Below are positions 25,771 through 34,925 of a stretch of DNA of 64,000 bases, one piece after another. Position 1 is the stretch's first letter. Each line of letters begins with the position of its first letter. The DNA is from an uncultured Solirubrobacterales bacterium (GTDB lineage: Bacteria; Actinomycetota; Thermoleophilia; Solirubrobacterales; 70-9): NCBI GenBank assembly GCA_963697805.1, contig CAVOPB010000003.1, forward strand, positions 295,166 to 359,165, given 5' to 3'. The notes below the pieces were generated by a model. That model made no database searches and was not told the DNA's origin. It worked only from the letters and a program-made list of their open reading frames with translations. Both the position numbers and the translations under genes were made by a program.

Positions 25771-26949
25771 TCACAGCCCGAGCTGTTTGCCCAGGATCTC
25801 CTTCATGATCTCGTCGGTTCCGCCGCCGATCGGGCCGAGGCGGGCGTCGCGGACCGCACGCTCGATCCCGTACTCGCGCATGTAGCCGTAGCCGCCGTGG
25901 ATCTGGAGGCACTCGTCGGCGATGTCGAGGACGCCGCGCTGGGTGATCAGCTTCGCCATCGTCACCTCCTTGATGCAGTCCTGGCCCTCGTGGAAGAGGC
26001 GCAGCGCGTTGTAGGTAATCGCGCGGGCGGCCTCGGCCAGGGTCGCCATCTCGGCGACCTTGTGGCGGACCGCCTGGAAGTTCCCGATCGGCCGGCCGAA
26101 CGCCCTGCGGTCGAGCGCGTAGGCGACGGTGGTCTCTATCAGCCTCTGCATCGCTCCGACCGCGCCGATCGCCATCAGCAGCCGCTCCCAGGCGAAGTTG
26201 AACATGATCAGCCTGAAGCCCTCGTTCTCGGAGCCGAGCAGGTTCTCGGCCGGGACTTCGACGTCGGTGAAGGAGAGCTCGCCGGTATCGGAGGAGTGCC
26301 AGCCGAGCTTCTCGAGCTTCGCCGAGACCTCGTAGCCGGGCATCTCGCTCTCGAGGACGAGGAACGAGATCCCGTGGTGACCGCCGTCCTGGGTCGTCTT
26401 GCAGGCGCAGACGAGGAAGTCGGCGCGGACGCCGTTGGTGATGAAGGTCTTGGCGCCGTTGACGACATAGCCGCCGTCGGTCCGCTCGGCGAAGGTCGAG
26501 ATCCCGGCGACGTCGGAGCCGGCGCCGGGCTCGGTGATCCCCAGCGCCCCGATCTTCTCGCCGGCGATCCCCGGCACCAGCCAGCGCTGCTTCTGCTCCT
26601 CGCTGCCGAAGTTGAAGATCGGCGGCATCGCGATCGAGGCGTGGGCGTTGAGCCCCGCCGCGACCCCGCCCGAGCCACCTGAGCGGGCGAGCTCCTCGAC
26701 CCAGATCGCGTCGTGGAGGTGGGTCCCGCCCTGGCCGCCGTAGCTCTCGGGGAACTTGAGGCCGAGGAAGCCGAGCTCGGCGCAGCGCCGGTAGAGCTCA
26801 CGCGGGAATTCGCGGGCGGCCTCCCACTCGTCGACATTGGGGGCGATCTCCTTCGAGACGAACCGCCTCACCGTCCCCCGCAACTCCTCGTGCTCGGAGT
26901 CAAACGGCGGCGGGACGGCTCTCACGCCCGTGTCCTTGACGACGGTCAT
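25771..26949 (-). CDS. Acyl-CoA dehydrogenase
   Basis: Starts MTVVKDTGVR at the ATG at 26949. Motifs: GALGITEPGAGSDVAG, FITNG, IHGGYGYMREYGIERAVRDARLGPIGGGTDEI. Confidence 0.9.
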   Translation of the reverse strand: MTVVKDTGVRAVPPPFDSEHEELRGTVRRFVSKEIAPNVDEWEAAREFPRELYRRCAELGFLGLKFPESYGGQGGTHLHDAIWVEELARSGGSGGVAAGLNAHASIAMPPIFNFGSEEQKQRWLVPGIAGEKIGALGITEPGAGSDVAGISTFAERTDGGYVVNGAKTFITNGVRADFLVCACKTTQDGGHHGISFLVLESEMPGYEVSAKLEKLGWHSSDTGELSFTDVEVPAENLLGSENEGFRLIMFNFAWERLLMAIGAVGAMQRLIETTVAYALDRRAFGRPIGNFQAVRHKVAEMATLAEAARAITYNALRLFHEGQDCIKEVTMAKLITQRGVLDIADECLQIHGGYGYMREYGIERAVRDARLGPIGGGTDEIMKEILGKQLGL

Positions 26950-27012
26950 CGGAGCGGACGCTAGCGCGTGTGAGGCCGGCCGGGGCCTGCGACCGCCGAT
27001 ACGATCCCTCCC

Positions 27013-28704
27013 ATGGGAGATCCGGTGCTGCTCGCTGTCGATGGGGACCCCGATGCGCTTGCCCGCACCGAGATCGAGCTCACCCGCCGCTACGGCCAGG
27101 ACTACAGGGTCCTGACGGAGAGCACCGCGGAGGGGGCGCTGGCGGCCCTCGAGCGCCTCCAGTCCGAAGCTGAGCCGGTCGCGCTGGTCCTCGCCGACCA
27201 GTGGCTCGGCAAGACGCCGGGCGCCGACGTCCTGACCCACGCCCGCGAGCTGCACCCCGCTGTCAAGCGCGGATTGATGATCGGCTGGGGGGACTGGGCG
27301 AACGCCGACACCTCGAAGGCGATATCGACCGCGATGACGCTGGGCAGGATCGACTACTACGTCCTCAAGCCTCAGCGCTGCCCGGACGAGCTCTTCCACC
27401 GCACCGTCGCCGAGTTCCTGTTCGAGTGGGCCCGTCACGAGTCGCCGCTGCAGGGCGAGATCGAGATCGTCGCCGAGCTCGGCTCGCCGCGCGCCGCCGA
27501 GCTGCGCGACCTCCTCAGCCGCAACGGAATCCCCTACGCCTGCCACCCGCCCGAGTCGACCGAAGGCCAGGCGCTGCTCAATGACTCAGGGCATGAGGAT
27601 CCGACCGTCCCGGTCGCGAAGGTGGGCGGCGGGCGATACATCGTCGACCCGACCAACGTCGAGCTGGCCGACGCGTTCGGGGTCAGCACCGAGCTCGGTG
27701 ATGAGCGCGAGTTCGACGTCGTCGTGATCGGGGCCGGGCCGGCCGGCCTCGCCGCCGCCGTCTATGCCTCCTCGGAGGGGATGCGGGCGCTGGTGATCGA
27801 GCGGGAGGCGATCGGCGGGCAGGCCGGCTCGAGCTCCCTGATCCGCAACTACCTCGGCTTCTCGCGCGGGGTGAGCGGCTCCGACCTCGCCCAGCGCGCC
27901 TACCAGCAGGCATGGGTATTCGGGACGAAGTTCCTGCTGATGCGCGAGGTGGTCGAGCTGCGGCCGGGGGAGAGGCGGCACGTCCTGCGGACCTCCGACG
28001 GCGCCGAGATCGAGACGGTGGCGGTGCTGCTCGCCTCCGGTGTCTCCTACCGCCGGCTCGATATCCCGTCGCTCTCCTGCCTCGAGGGCGAGGGCGTGTT
28101 CTACGGCGCCTCGGCCGCCGACGCCAAAGGGCTGCCCGGGAAACGCGTCTTCGTCGTCGGCGGCGGCAACTCGGCCGGCCAGGCGGCGATGCACCTCTGC
28201 CGCTACGCGGCCCGGGTGACGATGCTGGTCCGCAGGCCGACCCTCTCCGAGACGATGTCCGACTACCTGTGCCGGGCGATCGAGGCTGCCGACAACATCG
28301 ACGTGATGTACGAGACCGAGGCCGTCGGCGGCACCGGGACCCACCGGCTCGAGACCCTGACGCTTCTCGACAAGGCGTCCGGTGAGAAATCGACCGTCGA
28401 GGCCGACGCGCTGTTCGTGATGATCGGCGCCCGTCCCGGGACCGAGTGGCTCCCACCCGAGATCGAGCGCGACGAGTGGGGCTACATCCTCACTGGGACC
28501 GACCTCGAATCAGGCGACGGCCCCTCGCCGCGCCTGGGGGAGACCAGCCTCAGCCGGGTCTTCGCGGTCGGCGATGTCCGCCACGGATCTGTCAAACGGG
28601 TCGCCTCGGCGGTCGGCGAGGGCTCGATCGTGATCCAGCAGGTGCACCACTACCTCGAGGCCGAGGCCGAGGCCGAAGCCTCTGACGCCGCCGGCGTCAC
28701 CTAG
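27013..28704 (+). CDS. Fused receiver-like domain / thioredoxin-reductase-like FAD oxidoreductase (no CxxC)
   Basis: 563 aa. N-terminal receiver-like signatures: LLAVDGDPD, VALVLADQWLG, YYVLKP. C-terminal half: VVVIGAGPAGLAAAVY, VFVVGGGNSAGQAA, FAVGDV. The position of the TrxR redox motif reads YGASAADA. Confidence 0.8.
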   Translation: MGDPVLLAVDGDPDALARTEIELTRRYGQDYRVLTESTAEGALAALERLQSEAEPVALVLADQWLGKTPGADVLTHARELHPAVKRGLMIGWGDWANADTSKAISTAMTLGRIDYYVLKPQRCPDELFHRTVAEFLFEWARHESPLQGEIEIVAELGSPRAAELRDLLSRNGIPYACHPPESTEGQALLNDSGHEDPTVPVAKVGGGRYIVDPTNVELADAFGVSTELGDEREFDVVVIGAGPAGLAAAVYASSEGMRALVIEREAIGGQAGSSSLIRNYLGFSRGVSGSDLAQRAYQQAWVFGTKFLLMREVVELRPGERRHVLRTSDGAEIETVAVLLASGVSYRRLDIPSLSCLEGEGVFYGASAADAKGLPGKRVFVVGGGNSAGQAAMHLCRYAARVTMLVRRPTLSETMSDYLCRAIEAADNIDVMYETEAVGGTGTHRLETLTLLDKASGEKSTVEADALFVMIGARPGTEWLPPEIERDEWGYILTGTDLESGDGPSPRLGETSLSRVFAVGDVRHGSVKRVASAVGEGSIVIQQVHHYLEAEAEAEASDAAGVT

Positions 28705-29123
28705 CCCTCGAGCATCGTGTGGCCGCGGCCCTCGTGGTCGAAGCCGAGCAGGTCCCCCTGCGGGTTCTTGGGGCCGCCATGGTGGTAGGCGCGGACCTCG
28801 GCGATGCGGCCGTCCTCGATCCGGAACCACTCGGTGCCGCGGTCGAGCCGGCGCTCGCCGGACTCCGGGTGGCACCAGGTCATCGACCACTCGATCACGA
28901 CCTGGTCGCCTTCCCCGATTGCGTTCTCGAGGTGCCACTGACCGTCGATGTGCTCGACGGCGAAGGCGGCGTAGCGGGCGATCTCCTCGGCGCCCCGATG
29001 GGGCCCGAGACGGGTGTAGTAGTGGACCGCGTCGTCGGTGAAGTGCGCCGCGACCGCAGCGGCGTCGCCGGTGTTCAGGGCCTCGTAGTAGGAGCGGACG
29101 TGGTCGATGTGCGAATTCGTCAC
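28701..29123 (-). CDS. SnoaL-like/NTF2-fold protein
   Basis: 140 aa. VRSYYEALNTGDAAAVAAHFTDDAVHYY.. is typical of ketosteroid-isomerase-like proteins. Confidence 0.6.
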   Translation of the reverse strand: MTNSHIDHVRSYYEALNTGDAAAVAAHFTDDAVHYYTRLGPHRGAEEIARYAAFAVEHIDGQWHLENAIGEGDQVVIEWSMTWCHPESGERRLDRGTEWFRIEDGRIAEVRAYHHGGPKNPQGDLLGFDHEGRGHTMLEG

Positions 29124-29167
29124 GGTGATCGTGAAATCGTTGACGTGGGGGAGGCTATCCTGGGCCG

Positions 29168-29467
29168 GTGGACCGGGCGACCTGGACGGATCAGCGGCTC
29201 GACGACCTCGCCAACCGGATGGACGCGGGGTTCGACCGCCTCGACCGCGACCTCCGCGAACTGCACATCGAGCTGCGTGAGGAGATCAGCGGCGTACGCG
29301 GCGAGCTGGGGGCCGAGATCGGCGGTCTGCGTTGCGAGCTGGGCGCCGAGATCGGCGGCCTACGTGGCGAGATCGACGCGCTGCGGCTGACCATGCTGCG
29401 CACCGGCGGCGGCATCATGGTCGGCCTGGTCGGAGTGATCGCTGCGGTTTTCGTCAACGGCGGCTGA
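29168..29467 (+). CDS. Small coiled-coil protein with C-terminal TM anchor and 11-aa tandem repeats
   Basis: 99 aa. The repeat region is ..REEISGVRGELGAEIGGLRCELGAEIGGLRGEIDALR.., followed by the TM segment GGGIMVGLVGVIAAVFV. A 33-nt tandem repeat is visible at the DNA level. Confidence 0.55.
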   Translation: MDRATWTDQRLDDLANRMDAGFDRLDRDLRELHIELREEISGVRGELGAEIGGLRCELGAEIGGLRGEIDALRLTMLRTGGGIMVGLVGVIAAVFVNGG

Positions 29468-29480
29468 GCCGCGTCCGCCG

Positions 29481-30698
29481 CTACAGCCCGTAACTGCGGC
29501 CGATCACCTCGAGCATGATCTCGTCGGTGCCGGCGCCGATCCGGTTGAGGCGGACGTCGCGGTAGGCGCGCTCGATCTCGTACTCCTTCATGTAGCCGTA
29601 GCCGCCGTGGATCTGGATGCACTCGTCGGCGACCTCGCAGGCGATCCGCGAGGTGTAGAGCTTGCACTCGGAGATCTCGCGGACGGGGTACTCGCCGTTG
29701 GCGTAGCGCCAGGCGGTCGCGTAGGTGAACTGACGCGCGGCCTCGATCTTGGTCGCCATCTCGGCGAACTTGTGGCGGATCACCTGGAAGTTGCCGATCG
29801 AGCGGCCGAACGCCTTGCGCTCCTTCGCGTACTCGAGGGTGCGATCGAACATCCGCTGCGCGCCGGCGACGGCGCCGGCGCAGGCCACCATCCGCTCGCT
29901 CTGGAGCTCCCAGGCGATGTGGTAGAAGCCCTTGCCCTCCTCTCCGAGCAGGTTCGCGGCTGGGACGCGGACGTCCTCGAAGCTCAGTTCGGCGGTGTCG
30001 GAGGAGTGCATCCCCATCTTCTCGAGCTTGCGCGAGACGTTGAAGCCCGGAACCGGGTCGCCGTTGTCATCGCGGAGGTCGACGACCAGGAGGCTGATTC
30101 CCTCGTGTGCCTTCTCGGGGTCGGTCTTGACGACGAGGACGATGAAGTCCGCCCGGGCGCCGTTGGTGATGAACGTCTTCGAGCCGTTGACGACGAATTC
30201 GTCGCCGTCGCGGATCGCCTTGGTGCGGATCCCGGCGACGTCGGAGCCGGCCTCCGGCTCGGTGATCCCGAGGCAACCGATCTTCTTGCCTTCGATCGCC
30301 GGCGGCATGTAGCGCTGCTTGAGGTCGTCCGTGCCGAGCATCTCGATCGGCGGCAGGACCATGTCGGTGTGGACGATGAAGCCCATGTTCAGCCCGCCGG
30401 AGCCGGAGTAGCTGAGGCACTCGGCCCGGACCATCGAGTAGTAGTAGTCGCCGCCCTGGCCGCCGTACTGCTCGGGGAAGCAGAGGCCGAGGAAGCCGAG
30501 CTCGCCCGCCCGCGTCATCACCTCGGTGGGCCAGGTTGTCTCCTCCCACTCGTTGCGATGGGGGAACAGCTCCTTTTCAACCCACGACTGCATCGACTCG
30601 CGCAGGTCTTCGTGCTCCTGCGTGAAGATCATGTGCTTGCGGTCGGCGCCGTGGTCGGGCTTGATGACCTTGGAGCCGTTGGTCGTCGCGGTCGTCAC
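29481..30698 (-). CDS. Acyl-CoA dehydrogenase
   Basis: Motifs: GCLGITEPEAGSDVAG, FITNG, IHGGYGYMKEYEIERAYRDVRLNRIGAGTDEI. I chose the GTG at 30698, which is preceded by GAGGGGAG. The ATG at 30632 and the track start at 30740 are alternatives. Confidence 0.85.
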   Translation of the reverse strand: MTTATTNGSKVIKPDHGADRKHMIFTQEHEDLRESMQSWVEKELFPHRNEWEETTWPTEVMTRAGELGFLGLCFPEQYGGQGGDYYYSMVRAECLSYSGSGGLNMGFIVHTDMVLPPIEMLGTDDLKQRYMPPAIEGKKIGCLGITEPEAGSDVAGIRTKAIRDGDEFVVNGSKTFITNGARADFIVLVVKTDPEKAHEGISLLVVDLRDDNGDPVPGFNVSRKLEKMGMHSSDTAELSFEDVRVPAANLLGEEGKGFYHIAWELQSERMVACAGAVAGAQRMFDRTLEYAKERKAFGRSIGNFQVIRHKFAEMATKIEAARQFTYATAWRYANGEYPVREISECKLYTSRIACEVADECIQIHGGYGYMKEYEIERAYRDVRLNRIGAGTDEIMLEVIGRSYGL

Positions 30699-30758
30699 TG
30701 GGAGTCTCCCCTCGTTCGCAGCTGATCCAGAAGGCGGCACGCCGCCCTGAAAGTTGCG

Positions 30759-30786
30759 GTGGACAGTAGCACTTCCTACTTACCAC
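30759..30786. promoter_or_regulatory. Imperfect inverted repeat GTGGACAGTAG-N6-CTACTTACCAC, a candidate operator
   Basis: 9 of 11 positions are complementary. It lies in the divergent region between the acyl-CoA dehydrogenase gene (minus) and the enoyl-CoA hydratase gene (plus). The patch is relatively AT-rich. Confidence 0.35.
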
Positions 30787-30809
30787 GGAGTCGGCTATCG
30801 TGCCCGAGC

Positions 30810-31598
30810 GTGGAAGCGGATTACGAGCTCGTCAAATACGAGGTCACGGACGGCGTCGCCACGGTGACGCTGAACAACCCCGAGAAGCGAAACATGCTCT
30901 CCGGCCAGATGCTGGTCGAGCTCGTCGACGCGATCAAGCGGGTCCGCGACGACGAGGACGCGCGGGCCGTGGTTCTGACGGGTGCCGGCGACAAGGCCTT
31001 CTGCGCCGGTGCGGATCTGGGCGGTTTCTCCGCCGACGTCCCGCTTGTTTCAAAACATTTTGCTTCTGATCTTTTCCTTGAATTTTTCCGGCTGATGCCG
31101 CGCCTCGGCAAGCCGTCGCTGTGCGGGGTCAACGGCCACGTCCTCGCGGGCGGGATGGGCCTGGCGCTCTCATGCGACCTGGTGATCGCCAAGGAGGGGG
31201 CGACCTTCGGCACGCCGGAGATCAACGTCGGCGCCTTCCCCTACATGATCATGGCGATCATCTACCGCAACGTCCCGCGCAAGAAGGTCAACGAGATGAT
31301 GCTGCTGGGCGAGCGGCTGAGCGCCTCCGAAGCGGTCGAGTTCGGCCTCGCCAACAAAGTCGTTCCGGCTGCCGAGTTCGACGACGCGGTCGCCGATTGG
31401 GCCGGCAAGCTGGCCTCCAAGAGCCCGGTCCTGATGCGGCTCGGCCACGACGCGATGTATCGCCAGCAGGACATGGCGGTCGACGACGCGCTCGAGTTCC
31501 TGCGCAGCCAGCTATCGCTGACCTTCAGCACCGAGGACATCGTCGAGGGCGTCACCGCCTTCTTCGAGAAACGGGAGCCTCAGTGGAAGGGACGATGA
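30810..31598 (+). CDS. Enoyl-CoA hydratase/isomerase family protein
   Basis: VEADYELVKYEVTDGVATVTLNNPEKRNML, FCAGADL, VNGHVLAGGMGLAL, FFEKREPQWKGR. The chosen start is the GTG at 30810. Confidence 0.85.
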   Translation: MEADYELVKYEVTDGVATVTLNNPEKRNMLSGQMLVELVDAIKRVRDDEDARAVVLTGAGDKAFCAGADLGGFSADVPLVSKHFASDLFLEFFRLMPRLGKPSLCGVNGHVLAGGMGLALSCDLVIAKEGATFGTPEINVGAFPYMIMAIIYRNVPRKKVNEMMLLGERLSASEAVEFGLANKVVPAAEFDDAVADWAGKLASKSPVLMRLGHDAMYRQQDMAVDDALEFLRSQLSLTFSTEDIVEGVTAFFEKREPQWKGR

Positions 31599-32026
31599 GA
31601 ATCGACCAGCGCTTCGAGCTGTTCGATCGCGTGGTCGAACCGCCGCGTCTGGATGGACTCGTCAAAGGACACGGTGAGCCCGCGGTACCCGATCGAGTAG
31701 AGGTAGCAATCGGCGCAGGTCCCGGAGCCGCTCGCCTGCGAGCCGATGGTTTCCCAATCGGCGTCCTCGAGGGCTGCCCGCAGCCGCCTGATCTTTTTCG
31801 GTGCAACCAGGAAGTGGACGGTCGCCCCCCGGTCCTGAAGCGTTGCGTGACGACCCGGCTCGATCTGGAGGCTGAGGAATTCGGCCTTGAGCCCGCCGCT
31901 GCGCGAGTACTTGACCGCGAACTGGGAGACGGTGGGGACCGGGTCGGGCTGCGCCCGTTCCACCGGGGATTCGCATCCCGGATAGGCGACCAAACACGAG
32001 ATCATCGCTGCGAGGAACAGTCCCAT
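31580..32026 (-). CDS. Hypothetical lipoprotein-like protein
   Basis: MGLFLAAMISCLVAYPGCESP... is signal-like with Cys residues. I recognise no family. Its ATG (32026) shares the CATG with the divergent carboxyltransferase ATG (32025). Confidence 0.45.
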   Translation of the reverse strand: MGLFLAAMISCLVAYPGCESPVERAQPDPVPTVSQFAVKYSRSGGLKAEFLSLQIEPGRHATLQDRGATVHFLVAPKKIRRLRAALEDADWETIGSQASGSGTCADCYLYSIGYRGLTVSFDESIQTRRFDHAIEQLEALVDSHRPFH

Positions 32027-33644
32027 GGGGAAAAACGTTAGAGATGGACGAGGAGAGAGATTGAGCGAGAACGACCACAAGCTGCCGGGGACTGCTTCTC
32101 TGGGAGATCTCACCGATCAGCTGCACGAGGCGCGCCAGAGGGCACAACTCGGTGGCGGCGAGGAGAAGATCGCCAAGCAGCATGAGCGCGGCAAGCTGAC
32201 CGCGCGCGAGCGGATCGACCTCCTCGTCGATGTGGGGACCTTCGTCGAGCTCGGGATCCACGGCCGCCCGCATTTCGCCCAGCGGGCGATGGACGGGGTC
32301 GAGGCGCCGGCCGACGGCGTGATCACCGGCTGGGGCGACGTCGACGGCCGGCCGACCTGCATCGCCGCCTACGACTTCACCGTGATGGCGGGCTCGATGG
32401 GGATGACCGGGGAGCTCAAGGTGACTCGGCTGCGGGAGATGGCGCTGCAGAAGCGGATGCCCTTCATCTGGCTGCTCGACTCGGCCGGGGCGCGGATCCA
32501 GGAGGCCGCAGGGTCGCTCTTCGCCGGCTCCGGGCACCTCTTCCGCGAGGAGGTCGAAATGTCGGGCGTGATCCCGATGGTGGCGGCGATGATGGGCCCC
32601 TGCGCGGCCGGCACCGCCTACATCCCGGCCCTCTCGGACTTCGTCCCGATGGTCTCGGGCCAGGGCGCGATGGCGCTCGCCGGCCCGCACCTGACCAAAG
32701 CGGTCACCGGCGAGGAGATCTCGATGGAGGAGCTGGGCGGCGCCAAGGTCCACTGCCGCAAGTCGGGAGTGGGGGACCTGGAGGTGCGCGACGACGAGGA
32801 ATGCATCGCCAAGGTCAGGGCCTACCTCTCCTACTTCCCGCCCAACTGCGAGCAGAAGCCGCCGCTGGTCGAGACCTCCGACCCCGACGACCGTCGCTCC
32901 GAGAAGCTGATGGAGATCGTCCCCGAGTCCTCGCGCCAGCCCTACGACATGTACGAGGTGATCGCCGAGATCGTCGATGACGGCGAGTGGTTCGACATCA
33001 AGCCGAAATTCGCGAAAAGCCTGATCACATGCTTCGCGCGCTTCGGGGGCCAGCCGGTTGGGATCGTCGCCAACCAGCCGAAGCATCTGGCCGGGATCCT
33101 CGACAACGACTCATCCGACAAGGCGGCGCGCTTCATCAACCTCTGCGACGCCTTCAACATCCCGCTGGTCTTCCTCCAGGACGTGCCCGGCTTCATGGTC
33201 GGCTCGAAGGTCGAGCACGCCGGGATCATCCGCCATGGGGCGAAGATGCTCTACGCGGTCAGCCGCGCGACGGTGCCGAAGGTGACGGTGATCGTCCGCA
33301 AGGCCTATGGCGCCGGCTACTACGTGATGTGCGGCAAGGCCTACGAGCCCGACGTGATCGTCGCCTGGCCGGGGGCCGAGATCTCGGTGATGGGGGCCGA
33401 GGGTGCGGTCAACATCATCGGCCGCTCGGCGATCGAGGCCTCTGATGACCCGGAGGGGACGCGCGAGGCGATGCTCGACGCGGTCCGCCAGCAGATCGAC
33501 CCCTACATCGCCGCCGGCAACGCGGTCATCGACGACATCATCGACCCGCGGGAGACGCGGCCGACGATCGTCAGGGCGCTGCGGATGGCGCGGACCAAGC
33601 ACGTCGAGAAGCCGGCCAAACGCCACGGGGTGATGCCGGTATGA
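32025..33644 (+). CDS. Acyl-CoA carboxylase carboxyltransferase (beta) subunit
   Basis: 539 aa. Motifs: GGGEEKIAKQHERGKLTARERIDLLVD, DFTVMAGSMG, LDSAGARIQE, NIPLVFLQDVPGFMVG, GAKMLYAV. Confidence 0.9.
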   Translation: MGKNVRDGRGERLSENDHKLPGTASLGDLTDQLHEARQRAQLGGGEEKIAKQHERGKLTARERIDLLVDVGTFVELGIHGRPHFAQRAMDGVEAPADGVITGWGDVDGRPTCIAAYDFTVMAGSMGMTGELKVTRLREMALQKRMPFIWLLDSAGARIQEAAGSLFAGSGHLFREEVEMSGVIPMVAAMMGPCAAGTAYIPALSDFVPMVSGQGAMALAGPHLTKAVTGEEISMEELGGAKVHCRKSGVGDLEVRDDEECIAKVRAYLSYFPPNCEQKPPLVETSDPDDRRSEKLMEIVPESSRQPYDMYEVIAEIVDDGEWFDIKPKFAKSLITCFARFGGQPVGIVANQPKHLAGILDNDSSDKAARFINLCDAFNIPLVFLQDVPGFMVGSKVEHAGIIRHGAKMLYAVSRATVPKVTVIVRKAYGAGYYVMCGKAYEPDVIVAWPGAEISVMGAEGAVNIIGRSAIEASDDPEGTREAMLDAVRQQIDPYIAAGNAVIDDIIDPRETRPTIVRALRMARTKHVEKPAKRHGVMPV

Positions 33645-33964
33645 CCGAGGTCCTGCTCAAGAACGAGAAGGAGCAGTTCACCGGCGTGCTCGTCTTCGAC
33701 GGGACGGTGTTCGAGGCGTTCGGGTTCGAGATCGGTGGCTCCTTCGGAAGCTTCGTCCGGATCCCGGTCGCGATGATGGAGAGCGCCGCCGCCTCTTTCG
33801 ACTCGGGGTTGCTGAAGACTCCGCGGCTACAGATCGTCGGCCGCGAGGACCTCGGCCTCGGCGACCTGCTGCTGCCGTTCGATCCCGACCCCTCCGAGCA
33901 GGCTGCGATCGCCCAGCTTGTCGAGGAGATCCAGAAGGCGATCGACGAGAGGGGGGGAGCATGA
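33641..33964 (+). CDS. Hypothetical protein (107 aa)
   Basis: ATGA overlap with the carboxyltransferase stop. Codon usage is coding-like. I recognise no family. Confidence 0.5.
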   Translation: MTEVLLKNEKEQFTGVLVFDGTVFEAFGFEIGGSFGSFVRIPVAMMESAAASFDSGLLKTPRLQIVGREDLGLGDLLLPFDPDPSEQAAIAQLVEEIQKAIDERGGA

Positions 33965-34032
33965 GCGCGGCAGCGACCGAGTGTCCATATCTGATCCTTC
34001 ACGAGGGAGCGAAGCGCGAGGTTTTGCAATGA
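33961..34032 (+). repeat. Intercistronic cassette copy E2 (mini-ORF MSAAATECPYLILHEGAKREVLQ)
   Basis: ATGAGCGCGGCAGCGACCGAG...GGAGCGAAGCGCGAGGTTTTGCAATGA. The ATG overlaps the upstream TGA and the TGA overlaps the downstream ATG (34029). Both ends match copies E1 and E3. Confidence 0.65.
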
Positions 34033-34925
34033 GCTCATTCGAGGACCCGGTGGTGATCAGCTGCTCGATCAGCGGCGTGATCGCCAACCGCGACCAGTGC
34101 CCGGCGATCCCGTACACCCCCGAGGAGTACGCGGCCGAGGCGCGGCGCGCGGTCGACGAGGGCGCCTCGCAGATCCACATCCACGCCCGCAAGCCGGACG
34201 GGACGCCCTCCTACGAGGTCGAGGACTTCCGGGCGATTACCGACGCGATCCTGGCCGAGGTCGGCGACGTGATCATCAACTACTCGACCGGGGCGATCGG
34301 GATCCCGATCGAGAAGCGGATCGAGTACCTGCGGGAGCTCCGGCCCGACGTCGCCGCGCTCAACATGAGCTCGATGAACTACGCCAAGTACAGCTCCCGG
34401 CGCAAGGACTTCGTCTTCAAAGCGGTCTTCGAGAACAGCTTCGACACGATCATCGAGTTCCTGACGGCGATGAAGGAGCTGGGGGTCAAGCCCGAGCACG
34501 AGTGCTTCGACGCCGGCCACGTCGCCAACCTCGACCCGCTGATCGACATGGGATTGCTGGATCGCACGCCGCTGCAGATCTCGCTCGTGATGGGGGTCAA
34601 CGGCGGGATCAGGCCGACGGCGCGCAACGTCTCGCTGATGTCCGAGCAGATCCCCGGCGGCCCCGAGGGCGAGAACCAGTGGCAGGTGATCGGGATCTCC
34701 CGCGACCAGTGGAAACTGCTCGGCTCCTCGCTGGTCCTCGGCGGCAACGTCCGTGCCGGGGTCGAGGACAACCTCTACCTGCCGAGCGGGGAGATGGCGA
34801 AGTCCAACGGCGAGCTGATCGCCAAGGCGCGGCAGATGGCGGAGGACGTCGGCCGCCGGGCCGCGAGCGTCGCCGAGGCCCGCGAGCTGCTGGGGGTGCC
34901 AAGACGTGAGCGGGCTCCCGCTTAG
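34029..34925 (+). CDS. 3-keto-5-aminohexanoate cleavage enzyme family (BKACE/DUF849)
   Basis: MSSFEDPVVISCSISGVIANRDQCPAIPYTPEEYAAEARRAVDEGASQIHIHARKPDG..., then NMSSMNY and FDAGH. Confidence 0.8.
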   Translation: MSSFEDPVVISCSISGVIANRDQCPAIPYTPEEYAAEARRAVDEGASQIHIHARKPDGTPSYEVEDFRAITDAILAEVGDVIINYSTGAIGIPIEKRIEYLRELRPDVAALNMSSMNYAKYSSRRKDFVFKAVFENSFDTIIEFLTAMKELGVKPEHECFDAGHVANLDPLIDMGLLDRTPLQISLVMGVNGGIRPTARNVSLMSEQIPGGPEGENQWQVIGISRDQWKLLGSSLVLGGNVRAGVEDNLYLPSGEMAKSNGELIAKARQMAEDVGRRAASVAEARELLGVPRRERAPA

